Shown here in pieces: positions 19,516 to 28,694 of a stretch of DNA of 64,000 nucleotides. Numbering within the stretch: the stretch's first letter is position 1; each line of letters opens with the position of its first letter. Under the pieces are notes generated by a model that worked only from the letters and a program-made list of their open reading frames with translations, was not told where the DNA came from and searched no databases. The position numbers and the translations under genes were made by a program. The stretch lies in contig CAWCRS010000008.1 in NCBI GenBank assembly GCA_963798085.1, positions 256,001 to 320,000 of the forward strand, read 5' to 3'. This DNA is from an uncultured Gemmatimonadales bacterium (lineage in GTDB: Bacteria; Gemmatimonadota; Gemmatimonadetes; Longimicrobiales; RSA9).

Positions 19516-20445
19516 TCAGCACGCCACGCTGAGTTTCAATGACGAGGCGGTGCCTCCGCGTCCTCCGCGCTCTTCGCCGTGAAAAGAGGAGGCCGACGGG
19601 AAGGAGGTGTTAGCATTGTGCGCAGCCTGCTGCAGCAGCCGTATGGTGGCCGCAGGGAGGGACAGGGGATGGCCGTTCGCGAAGGCCTGCGCGGGCAGGG
19701 TGCGTACGTCGCGGCCGGATAGTCGCTCGTAGATCTCGAGCGCGGCCAGGAACGTGCCCATCGCGGTGGGGTGCAGGCCGTCCGGACTGTAGAGCGGCAG
19801 TGTCGGATCCATCTCCAGCGCGGAATGCCATGCTTCGCCTGCCGGCAGGAAGATGCCGTTCACGGACGCTGCCGCCTGCTGGAACGAGATGCGGATCTCA
19901 TCGAACCACTCGAGCGGACCCTGGTAGGGCCAGGCCATGAAGACCGCCGGCTGCGCGCCCGCGGCACGGATGTATGGATCGAACAGCTGCGTCCACAGCA
20001 CCAGCGAATCGCGACAGATGCCGGCCGGCGTCGGGCCCTGCTGCAGCACCACGTAGTTCCAGCCACCCTGGCGCATCGCGGCCACCGCGTCGGTCGCGCC
20101 GTTCAGGTGATCGATCAGCGCCAGGTTGGGACCCGCCGCGGTCGCAACATGGAAGGTGTCGCCCGCCAATGCGGCAATCGCGGCCACCGTGGCCGGCAGG
20201 TCATTCACGTACGTCAGGCTGTTGCCCACGAACAGCACGTGAACGCCACCCGGCGGCAGCGGCTCCAGCGGCCCATGCCCCGAGTGACAGCCGCCCAGCA
20301 GTCCGCCCGCCAGCAGCACCAGCCCGGCAACGTGGCGGCACGCAGGCGAACGCCATGTCCGGCGCCGCGATAATGTGGAGTTAGCTACGCGGGGCGGAAG
20401 CGAGGCCGCCCTGCGTGCGGCGAAGAGCAGGTCGTCTCCGGTCAT
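19516..20445 (-). CDS. SGNH/GDSL hydrolase-family lipoprotein (start uncertain)
   Basis: VLFVGNSLT block I, YVVLQQG, DGLHP block V; lipobox-like LLGGC. Confidence 0.75.
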   Translation of the reverse strand: MTGDDLLFAARRAASLPPRVANSTLSRRRTWRSPACRHVAGLVLLAGGLLGGCHSGHGPLEPLPPGGVHVLFVGNSLTYVNDLPATVAAIAALAGDTFHVATAAGPNLALIDHLNGATDAVAAMRQGGWNYVVLQQGPTPAGICRDSLVLWTQLFDPYIRAAGAQPAVFMAWPYQGPLEWFDEIRISFQQAAASVNGIFLPAGEAWHSALEMDPTLPLYSPDGLHPTAMGTFLAALEIYERLSGRDVRTLPAQAFANGHPLSLPAATIRLLQQAAHNANTSFPSASSFHGEERGGRGGTASSLKLSVAC

Positions 20446-20682
20446 GCCGCAGGATTCCACCCCCGCCTGCCCCGAACAACCACCGCGTGGCCGCCGCGCC
20501 GCCCGCCGTGACGAACGCCCTGCATTCCGCGTCCGCAACCGGAGCGCAATGCAGCCGTCGCTCATATCCAACCGCGCCCGACTCCACCCCGCTGATCGCC
20601 AGCCGCGCGCCCCCCCCAGCGGCCGGGAGCCTCCCGCCACGACCGCCACACCAGCTGCACCACTCCCGAATGCCTTTCCCTG

Positions 20683-20773
20683 AACGGGTGCCCTTGCCCG
20701 CGTCCGACCCCTGAACCTGTCCCCAACCCCTGAACCTGCCCCCAACCCCTCGACTGACCCCTGACCCCGCCCC
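20683..20773. repeat. Dispersed repeat family A core (AACGGGTGCCCnTGCCCGCGTCCGACCCC) followed by short CCCCTGAACCT tandem copies
   Basis: 28 of 29 positions identical to copies at 30923 and 58790. Confidence 0.85.
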
Positions 20774-20989
20774 TATGGCCAGGCCTTTCTGCGAACAGAG
20801 AACAGGATGCCCGCCGTCTGCCAGGACCTTCCGAGGGCATCGATTCCGACAGCGGCCGCGAGGCGGGCGGCAGCGGAACGAACCGCAACGGTCGCACCGC
20901 TGGCGCTGCCCCTCGCCAGATGCTACCTGTTAGACGCATCAGCCCACCTGTGCGCACGCATTGTCAGGCCAACAGACCTGGAGGTAGCC

Positions 20990-22177
20990 ATGCAGGTGAA
21001 GCAGGCCGTTTCCCGTCGTGGCTTCGTCGGGGGCGTCACCGCAGCCCTCGGTTACCTGGGTCTCCGGCCCGACGCGCTTCTCTGGGGTCAGGCCATCGGC
21101 GCGGCCCCGGCGCCTCGCCCGCAGCTTTCGCCCGACGACTACGACGCCATGGCGAAGCTGGCGAACAACGAAAACCCGTGGGGCCCCTCGGATGCGGTGA
21201 TGCGCGCCATGAACGGCGCGTGGAAGTACGCCAATCGCTACGGCTATCCCGATGGCGGACTCGTCGCGGCGATCGCGGATCACCACGGCGTGAAGCCCGA
21301 GAACATCATGCTGGGCGCGGGCTCAGGCGAGATCCTCGACGTGGTGGGCTCGGCCTTCCTCGATGGCGAAAAGAAGGTGGTGGGCGTCGAGCCGTCGTAC
21401 TCGCAGGTGTACCAGCACGCGACCAGCATTCGCGCGGATGTCATCAGGATCCCGCTGCTGGACGATCACCGCCAGGACATTCCCGCAATGATCCGCGCGA
21501 TTCATCTGCACTATCGCGACATCGGCTTCGTGTACCTGTGCAATCCCAACAATCCCACGGGCCGCACGGTCAGCAAACAGGAAGTCAGGCAGCTGCTGGA
21601 CGGCATTCCCGATGACATGCCCGTCCTGATCGACGAGGCGTACCACCACTATGTCGAGGATCCGGCGTACGCGACGTCGATTCCCTGGGTGCTCGAGGGT
21701 CGCCGCGTCATCATTGCGCGCACCTTCTCGAAGATCTACGGCATGGCCGGCATGCGGCTGGGCTTCGCCATCGCGCCGCCCGACATGATCCAGCAGATGA
21801 AGCCGTACAGCACGGGCACCATCAACGCGATCGTGAAATGGGGCGGCGTCGCCGCGCTGGACGACACGGAATCCGCTGCTCGCGTCAGGCGCAATACCAT
21901 CGCGCTGCGCCAGCAGGCCATGAGCGACCTCGCCGTGCTCGGCTACGAGTCGATCCCGTCCGAGACCAACTTCTTCATGGTGCACATCCGCCGGCCCGTA
22001 CAGCCCGTGATCGAAGAGTTCCGCAAGAAAGGCGTGCTCGTGGGCCGGCCCTTCCCGCCCATGACGCAGCATCTCCGCGTGTCCATTGGACTGCCCGAGG
22101 AAATGAACCGCTTCCAGGTCGCGTTCCGCCAGATCTTCACGGGCACCGCGACCAGCCCGGGCGGTTCGCACGGGTGA
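20990..22177 (+). CDS. Class I/II PLP aminotransferase (histidinol-phosphate aminotransferase-like) with Tat signal
   Basis: GGAGG RBS; SRRGFVGG Tat motif; NENPWGPS, CNPNNPTG, DEAY, RTFSKIYGMAGMRLG. Confidence 0.9.
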   Translation: MQVKQAVSRRGFVGGVTAALGYLGLRPDALLWGQAIGAAPAPRPQLSPDDYDAMAKLANNENPWGPSDAVMRAMNGAWKYANRYGYPDGGLVAAIADHHGVKPENIMLGAGSGEILDVVGSAFLDGEKKVVGVEPSYSQVYQHATSIRADVIRIPLLDDHRQDIPAMIRAIHLHYRDIGFVYLCNPNNPTGRTVSKQEVRQLLDGIPDDMPVLIDEAYHHYVEDPAYATSIPWVLEGRRVIIARTFSKIYGMAGMRLGFAIAPPDMIQQMKPYSTGTINAIVKWGGVAALDDTESAARVRRNTIALRQQAMSDLAVLGYESIPSETNFFMVHIRRPVQPVIEEFRKKGVLVGRPFPPMTQHLRVSIGLPEEMNRFQVAFRQIFTGTATSPGGSHG

Positions 22178-22187
22178 TGCCCTGAGC

Positions 22188-22322
22188 TGAACTGCGTTGC
22201 CCGGGCTGGTTGCTGGGGCTGGTTTCACGGGAACAGATTCAGAATGACCAGCCCCGGCAACGCCCATGGATCCGTCACGCCGTTCCCAGCAACCAGCGCC
22301 AGCAACCAGGCAACGCAGTCAA
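22188..22322. repeat. Palindromic REP-like element, family B (TGAACTGCGTTGC...GCAACGCAGT), between convergent genes
   Basis: Inverted ends plus internal GTTGCTGGGGCTGG / CCAGCCCCGGCAAC; related sequence at 19394-19420 and 32922-32968. Confidence 0.7.
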
Positions 22323-22330
22323 TTCCGTAT

Positions 22331-25015
22331 CTACTGCTGCCCCAGGGTCCTCGCCGGATCCACCGCTGAGGCGCGCCGCGCCGGCACATAACACGCTGTC
22401 AGGATGGTCACGGCCAGCACAGCCGTGGCCAGCAGCAGGGTGGCGGGATCCGTGGTGGACACGCCGAAGAGGACGGAGCGCAGCGAGCGCGTGGCGGCCA
22501 CGCCGGCCAGCAGGCCGGCGCCAATGCCAATGGCGGCCACCAGCCCGCCCTGGCGCATGACCAGCATCACGATGTCCCGGCGTGTCGCGCCTACCGCCAT
22601 GCGCGTGCCGATCTCGCGTGTGCGCTGCCGCACCACGTACGACATGACGCCGTAAATGCCTACGGCCGCCAGCGCCAGCGCGCACAGCGCGAAGACGCCC
22701 AGCAGCCAGAGCAGCAGCTGCGTGACGCGGATGGACTGGCTGGCGATGTCACCGAGCGACTGCACGTTGAGAAATGACGTGTTGGGTTCGAGTGAACGCA
22801 TGCTGGCCCGCAACGCGCCGGCCGCACGCCCCGGGTCGCCGGCTGTCTTCACAAACAGGGTGATCTGGTTGCTGGGCGAGCGCTCGAACGGCATGTACAG
22901 ATCCGCGCGCGGCTGATCGTCCAGACCGGCACGGCGGATATTGCCGACCACACCCACGATCTCTGCGTTCTGCTGCCCCATCTTCAACTGCCGGCCGATC
23001 GCGCTCTCGCCCGGAAAGAAGCGCTTCTCAATGGCCTCGCTGACGATGACCACCGGCTTGCCGTCCGGAATATCGTGCTCATCGAACAGCCGGCCCGACA
23101 GCAATGGAATGCCCAGCGTCCGGAAGAAACCGCCGGACGCGACCTGCCAGCCTACGTCGGGCGGCCGCTGGCCTTGCGCTACGGGCTGGTCGGCACGCTC
23201 GAACGGAGCCGTCCAGTTGTTGCCCGTGAGCGGCACGACGACCGCCGCGCCCATCTCCTGCACGGCCGGCGTCGCGCGCAGCTGCTCGAACGCGCGCGAC
23301 CAGAACGCGGACAGCGCCTGCGGGCTCCTGTAGCGATCGCCCGGCAGCTGCACGGTGAGCGTCAGCACGTCGTCGTAATGAAAACCCGGATCCACCGAGA
23401 GCAGACCGGCAAAGCTGCGCAGGATCAGCCCCGCACCCAGCAGCAGCACCACGGCGAGCGCGACTTCGGCGACGACGAGCCCGCCCAATGCGCGTCGCGC
23501 CAGCCGGCTCATGGTCGCGCGGCCCGCGGACGCGAGTGTGTCGGCGGCGGACTCCAGCCGCAGTGTCATGGTCGCGACTGCACCGAAGAACAGCGCCGTC
23601 ACCACCGCCATGGCGAGCGCGAACGAGAGCACCGCGCCGTTCATGCGCACATCATGCAACCCCGGCACCTGCACGGACGCGGGCATCAGTGCGACCAGTG
23701 TGCGCACGCCCCAGTGAGCGGCGATGATGCCGGCTATGCTGGCGACAACGGCCAGCGCAAAGCTCTCCGTTAGCAGCAGCGCGGCAAGACGGGCCCGGCC
23801 GGCTCCCAGTACCATGCGCACAGCCAGCTCACGCCGCCGGCCCAGTGAACGCGCCAGCTGCAGGTTGGCCACGTTGGCGCAGGCGATCAGAAGCACCACG
23901 CCCACGGCCGCGAGCAGCAGCATGAGCGCGGTACGCGTGCTGCCCACCAGCGAATCGCGCAGCGAATCCGCGTAGTACGTCGATCCCTCGTTCTGGTCCG
24001 GATGCTCCTGCTCGAGCTGCTTCGCAATGGCGCCCAGCGCGCTCGTGGCGGAGGCCGCCGTCTGTCCCGGACGCAGCCGCGCCAGGGCCAGCGTCCAGTC
24101 GGCGGCACGCGCGGCGGGCGCCTGCAGCGGCAGACTCATGGGTGCGATGACATCGGTGTTCGCAGTGGGTGGAAAACTGAAGCCGGCCGGCGCAACCCCC
24201 ACGATCGTCGCCTGCTGCCGCCCGATCTTCACACTGCGTCCGATGACTGCGGGATCGCCCCCGAAACGATCCTGCCAGAGCTTATAACCGATCATTATCA
24301 CGGCCGCCGCACTGTCCCGCGAATCCGCGGCGTTGAGCCCCCGTCCGGCCACCGCACGCACCTGCAGCACCTCGAGCAGACCCGGCCCTGCCAGCAGCGC
24401 CGGGACCCGGTACGGTCCGTCGGGACCGTAGATCGTCGCCTGCACATTGCTGTACGCCGCCATCGACGCGAACACCTTCTGCCGCTCCGCCATGTCGACA
24501 TAATCCCCCAGCGCGATGAACGGCTTGGTGAAGCCCGTCCGCTGATCACGGTGGTTCAGGATCACCAGCCGATCGGCACCCGCGTAGGGCAGCGGCCGCA
24601 GCAGCACCGCATCCACGACCGCAAACACCGCGACGTTCGCACCCACGCCCAGTGCCAGTGTGAGCGCTGCCGCGATCGTGAACGCGGGCTCGCGCAGCAG
24701 CCGGGTGAACGCATGGCGCAGCTGGTAGAAGAACATGTCGATTCGCTCCGCAGGGCGTCTGCCTCGCGCGCCGGCTGGCAGTCGCACCCGCGACAGCCAC
24801 TCGACGACGATGAGCCGCCAGCAATCCAGGAAGAGAAGCAGAAGTCGCGTGTGCAACAGCAGCGCGCGGAACACACGCGTCGGGCGGGATCCCGTGTTCG
24901 CGCTCGCGACAGGCTGCGCGATCCGCAAATGCTGCGAAGCCGGTACCCACACCTCGTCGTGCATCCGCCGCGGCAACAGGCGCAGCCGACAATGTTCCGT
25001 CATGTCCTCAGGCAT
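22331..25015 (-). CDS. ADOP-type duplicated ABC permease (MacB/FtsX family)
   Basis: LTLALGVGANVAVFAVVDAVLLRPLPY, LLIACANVANL, VGIYGVMSYVVRQRTREIG, VPARRASAVDP. ATG at 25015 overlaps the padR stop; alternative start 24736. Confidence 0.93.
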   Translation of the reverse strand: MPEDMTEHCRLRLLPRRMHDEVWVPASQHLRIAQPVASANTGSRPTRVFRALLLHTRLLLLFLDCWRLIVVEWLSRVRLPAGARGRRPAERIDMFFYQLRHAFTRLLREPAFTIAAALTLALGVGANVAVFAVVDAVLLRPLPYAGADRLVILNHRDQRTGFTKPFIALGDYVDMAERQKVFASMAAYSNVQATIYGPDGPYRVPALLAGPGLLEVLQVRAVAGRGLNAADSRDSAAAVIMIGYKLWQDRFGGDPAVIGRSVKIGRQQATIVGVAPAGFSFPPTANTDVIAPMSLPLQAPAARAADWTLALARLRPGQTAASATSALGAIAKQLEQEHPDQNEGSTYYADSLRDSLVGSTRTALMLLLAAVGVVLLIACANVANLQLARSLGRRRELAVRMVLGAGRARLAALLLTESFALAVVASIAGIIAAHWGVRTLVALMPASVQVPGLHDVRMNGAVLSFALAMAVVTALFFGAVATMTLRLESAADTLASAGRATMSRLARRALGGLVVAEVALAVVLLLGAGLILRSFAGLLSVDPGFHYDDVLTLTVQLPGDRYRSPQALSAFWSRAFEQLRATPAVQEMGAAVVVPLTGNNWTAPFERADQPVAQGQRPPDVGWQVASGGFFRTLGIPLLSGRLFDEHDIPDGKPVVIVSEAIEKRFFPGESAIGRQLKMGQQNAEIVGVVGNIRRAGLDDQPRADLYMPFERSPSNQITLFVKTAGDPGRAAGALRASMRSLEPNTSFLNVQSLGDIASQSIRVTQLLLWLLGVFALCALALAAVGIYGVMSYVVRQRTREIGTRMAVGATRRDIVMLVMRQGGLVAAIGIGAGLLAGVAATRSLRSVLFGVSTTDPATLLLATAVLAVTILTACYVPARRASAVDPARTLGQQ

Positions 25016-25331
25016 TGGATGGGCGAGGCCGCGTGGCCAGCCGGTTGACGGCGTCGTAGAAGCCGTGCGTCTGCGTCCACGTCTTGCGCCCCGCCGCCGT
25101 GATGCGATAACGACGCTCACGCAGGCTGCGGTCGCCCGTATCCACCTGCTCGTACCAGCCTTCCACCAGGCCGTCTCGCTCCAGCCTCGCCATCAGCTGG
25201 TAGAATGCCGCCAGCGTGTGCCGCCCGCCGAAACGCCGGACCTGCTCGCGTATCGAGCGGCCCGGCTGCTCCGCCGCCATCAGCACGCCCAGCGCCAGGT
25301 ACTGCAGGTGCGAGATTGCGGGGAATTCCAT
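25008..25331 (-). CDS. PadR-family transcriptional regulator
   Basis: FYQLMARLERDGLVEG, RRYRITAAGR; the usual partner upstream of ADOP permeases. Confidence 0.88.
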   Translation of the reverse strand: MEFPAISHLQYLALGVLMAAEQPGRSIREQVRRFGGRHTLAAFYQLMARLERDGLVEGWYEQVDTGDRSLRERRYRITAAGRKTWTQTHGFYDAVNRLATRPRPSNA

Positions 25332-25466
25332 TTCATCGCCTCTTCATCGCCTCGACGATCCAAGGTCGCATTATATCGTGTTGGATACCCGCAAACCGAG
25401 GAGGGTTGCGTGGGATTCGCCACGCCACCCGCTCTCCCCCATCCGTGTCGGCTGCGTGCGCATTGG

Positions 25467-25583
25467 TCTCACGCGGAGCGCGGAGCTGCGAAAGAGCCCG
25501 TCCCCGCGGATCTCAGACTGCTGGCCGGGGCGCACTCGGCGCACGGAAGCGCGAGGCGGACGCCTCTGCGGCTCCGCGCGAGA
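25467..25583. repeat. Inverted REP-like pair, family C (TCTCACGCGGAGCGCGGAG ... CTCTGCGGCTCCGCGCGAGA)
   Basis: Imperfect inverted repeat; half-sites recur near 35937-35956, 37988-38001, 58527-58541 and 19555-19583. Confidence 0.65.
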
Positions 25584-25737
25584 CGGTATTCGGCCTGGCC
25601 CTCACGCGAGCGATCGAGCCCGCCATCGCTTGAATCCCCCGCCGTTCTCGTCTATCCTGCAGAAACCTCCTGTCGGCTCGCCGCCAACGGCCAGCCCGGG
25701 CAGCCCAGGCATTCACCCCTCCAACACCCGACGAGCC

Positions 25738-27174
25738 ATGAAGTACTCCTTGCGGCAGTCCGGCTTCTTCGTCGTCCTGGCGACCCCACTGGCCGCGCTG
25801 CCGTTGTCGGCGCAGCGCGGCGGTACGCCGAACGTCATTACCATCCCGTTCGAGCGTGTGACGCTGCCCAACGGCCTGAACGTGCTGCTGGCGCCGGATC
25901 ACGCGACGCCGCAGGTCGCGGTCAATGTGTGGTATCACGTGGGATCGAAGAACGAGCAGCCGGGGCACACCGGCTTCGCGCACATGTTCGAGCACGTCAT
26001 GTTCACCGGCTCCGGTCACGTGCCGTATGGCATGCACGACCGGCTCACGGAGGGCGTGGGCGGCAACAACAACGGCTCGACGAGCAACGATCGCACGAAC
26101 TACTACGAGAACGTGCCCTCGAACTACTTCGAGGACGCACTCTGGCTGGAATCGGATCGCATGGGTTTCCTGCTGGACAAGCTCAATGAGGCGAAGTTCG
26201 TGGCGCAGCGGGACATCGTGCAGAATGAACGGCGTCAGGGTGTGGACAACCAGCCGTACGGCCGCGCTGGTGAAATCATGGACGCGGCCGAGTACCCGGC
26301 GTCGAATCCGTACTCATGGCCCATTGTCGGATACATGGCGGATCTGCAGCAGGCGACTGTCGACGACGTGAAGAACTTCTTCCGCCTCTACTACGCTCCG
26401 TCGAACGCCATCCTCGCCATTGTCGGCGACTTCGATCCGGCACAGGCGAAGGCGTGGGTAACAAAGTATTTCGGAGACCTGAAGAAGGGTGCGCCCATCA
26501 CGCGGCCGCAGGTGACGGCCCCGGCGCTGGCGGGCGAGAAGCGACTCGTATTCGAGGACCACGTGCAGGTGCCCCGCCTCTATCTGCGCTGGCCCACGGT
26601 CGGCGAGGGCAATGCGGATTCCAACGTGCTCAATGTGCTGGGTGACATTCTGTCCGGTTCGCGCACGGCGAGGCTGACGAAGGCGCTGGTATACGACAGC
26701 CAGTCGGCGGCCAACGTGCAGGCGGGCAACGGGTCGAACGAGAATGCCGGCGATTTCCATGTCGTCATCACGCCACGCCCGGGCCATACGCTGAGCGAGC
26801 TGGAGGCTGCGGCCGATTCGGTGATCGGCAGGCTGGAGCGCGACGGACCCACGGCGGACGAGATGGCGAGGAGTCAGGCGGGTCTCGAGTTCGGCTTCGT
26901 CGCCGCACTCGAGTCGAACCTGGGCAAGGCCGAGATCCTCAACTCTGGCCTCGCCTTTCACGGTGATCCCGCGTACTACCAGAAGCAGTACGCGGCCCTC
27001 AAGGCGGTCACGGCCGCCAATGTGAAACGCGTGGCCAACAGGTATCTGGGCAGCGGTCGCGTGGTGTTGAGCGTCGTGCCGCTGGGCAAGACGGAGCTGG
27101 CAGCGAATCCCGCATCGAGTCGGAAGGTTACCGTGTCCCCCGATGGCGGCCACTACATCATGGAGTCACGCTGA
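25738..27174 (+). CDS. M16 (pitrilysin) zinc peptidase, active subunit
   Basis: Signal peptide; WYHVGSKNE..GHTGFAHMFEHVMF (HxxEH). Confidence 0.95.
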   Translation: MKYSLRQSGFFVVLATPLAALPLSAQRGGTPNVITIPFERVTLPNGLNVLLAPDHATPQVAVNVWYHVGSKNEQPGHTGFAHMFEHVMFTGSGHVPYGMHDRLTEGVGGNNNGSTSNDRTNYYENVPSNYFEDALWLESDRMGFLLDKLNEAKFVAQRDIVQNERRQGVDNQPYGRAGEIMDAAEYPASNPYSWPIVGYMADLQQATVDDVKNFFRLYYAPSNAILAIVGDFDPAQAKAWVTKYFGDLKKGAPITRPQVTAPALAGEKRLVFEDHVQVPRLYLRWPTVGEGNADSNVLNVLGDILSGSRTARLTKALVYDSQSAANVQAGNGSNENAGDFHVVITPRPGHTLSELEAAADSVIGRLERDGPTADEMARSQAGLEFGFVAALESNLGKAEILNSGLAFHGDPAYYQKQYAALKAVTAANVKRVANRYLGSGRVVLSVVPLGKTELAANPASSRKVTVSPDGGHYIMESR

Positions 27175-28658
27175 TGCGTACGCAGAGAGAGAATCAGCCG
27201 GCCGCCGCCCGGCGGGGCGCGCAGCCCAGCACGGTGCTGCCGCTCGCACTGCTGCTCACGCTCGTGGCGTCGCCGCTGGCGGCGCAGCTGGACCGCGACA
27301 AGGTGCCACCCGCGGGTCCGTCGCCCACGCTGCACGTGCCCGGATGGACGAGCACGAAGCTGGCGAATGGCGCGCAGCTGGTGGTGACGCCGAAACGTGA
27401 TCTTCCGCTGGTCGCGTTCAGCATCAGTTTCATTGGCGGCGCCGACAACTACGAGCCTGCCGACAAGGCAGGAGTCGCGTCTTTCACGGCGCAGATGCTG
27501 AGCGAAGGCACGGCCACGCACAGTGCGGACGACCTGTCCAACGCGCAGCAGCTGCTGGGCACGGCGATCTTCGCGTCCATTGGTGACGAGGCCGGGTCGA
27601 TGCGCTTTACATCGCTGCGCGACAAGTTCGAGCCCGCGCTCACACTGCTCGCGGACATGATGCTGCATCCCACATTCCCGGACGAAGCGCTGCAGCGCAT
27701 TCGCGCGCGCGCACTCGTCTCACTCCGGCAGTCGCGCGATCAGCCCAACGCCATCGCGTCCAATGTTTTCGACCGCGTGCTCTATGGCCAGGGGCACCCG
27801 TACGGGCGGGTGGTGAGCGAAGCCACACTCGACGCCATCACGCGCGCTGACATTGTGGCCTTCCACAAGACGTACTTCCGACCCGGCCGCGCGGTCATCA
27901 CGGTCACGGGTGATGTGGACCCGGCTGCGGTGCGCGCGCAGGTGGAGAAGGCGCTGGCCGCATGGCCGGCCGGTGGCGAGCGGCCGCCGTTCGACTATCC
28001 CGCCGTACCCCCGCCCCGCAGCACGGCGATCTATCTGGTGGACAAGCCCGGTGCTGCGCAGTCGGTCTTCGCCATTGGTCTGCCCGGGCCGCCCCGCAAC
28101 ACGCCGGACTACTACGCCATCACGGTCATGAACCACCTGTTAGGCGGACTCTTCCAGTCCCGCCTCAATCATGACATCCGTGAAGTGAAGGGGTACAGCT
28201 ACGGCGTCAATTCACGCTTCTCCTTCGGCAGGGGACCCGGCGCGTTCCGCGCCGGCGGCGGCATCGTCACCGCCAAGACGGACAGCGCGCTGATCGAATT
28301 CATGCTTCACCTGAAAGGCGTGCAGGGCGGGATTCCGTTCACCGAAGACGAGGTCAGGCAGGGAAAGGAATCCCTCATCCAGTCGCTGCCTCGCCGGTTC
28401 GCTTCCGTGAATGGCATTTCCGCATCGGTGGGCGACATCTACACCGAAGACCTGGCGCAGAACTACTATCAGGACTACGCCGCGAAGATCAACGCTGTGA
28501 CGGCTGCCGATCTGGTGCGCGTCGCGAAGAAGTACATCGACCTCGATCACCTCGACATCGTGATTGTGGGTGACCGGTCGAAGATCGAGGCGCCTCTGCG
28601 CGCCACCGGCATCGCTCCGATCAAGCTGCTCGACATCGACGCGAAACCGGTGACGTGA
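27174..28658 (+). CDS. M16 peptidase partner subunit lacking HxxEH
   Basis: KLANG, MLSEGT, SRLNHDIREVKGYSYG; translationally coupled to the active subunit. Confidence 0.92.
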   Translation: MRTQRENQPAAARRGAQPSTVLPLALLLTLVASPLAAQLDRDKVPPAGPSPTLHVPGWTSTKLANGAQLVVTPKRDLPLVAFSISFIGGADNYEPADKAGVASFTAQMLSEGTATHSADDLSNAQQLLGTAIFASIGDEAGSMRFTSLRDKFEPALTLLADMMLHPTFPDEALQRIRARALVSLRQSRDQPNAIASNVFDRVLYGQGHPYGRVVSEATLDAITRADIVAFHKTYFRPGRAVITVTGDVDPAAVRAQVEKALAAWPAGGERPPFDYPAVPPPRSTAIYLVDKPGAAQSVFAIGLPGPPRNTPDYYAITVMNHLLGGLFQSRLNHDIREVKGYSYGVNSRFSFGRGPGAFRAGGGIVTAKTDSALIEFMLHLKGVQGGIPFTEDEVRQGKESLIQSLPRRFASVNGISASVGDIYTEDLAQNYYQDYAAKINAVTAADLVRVAKKYIDLDHLDIVIVGDRSKIEAPLRATGIAPIKLLDIDAKPVT

Positions 28659-28694
28659 GTTCCGTGGCGACCGGGTCACCGTCCGGAACTGCAG

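Noticed and set aside
25370..25375. TATAAT on the minus strand upstream of the PadR gene
   Set aside because: Plausible -10 but no matching -35; too little to call.
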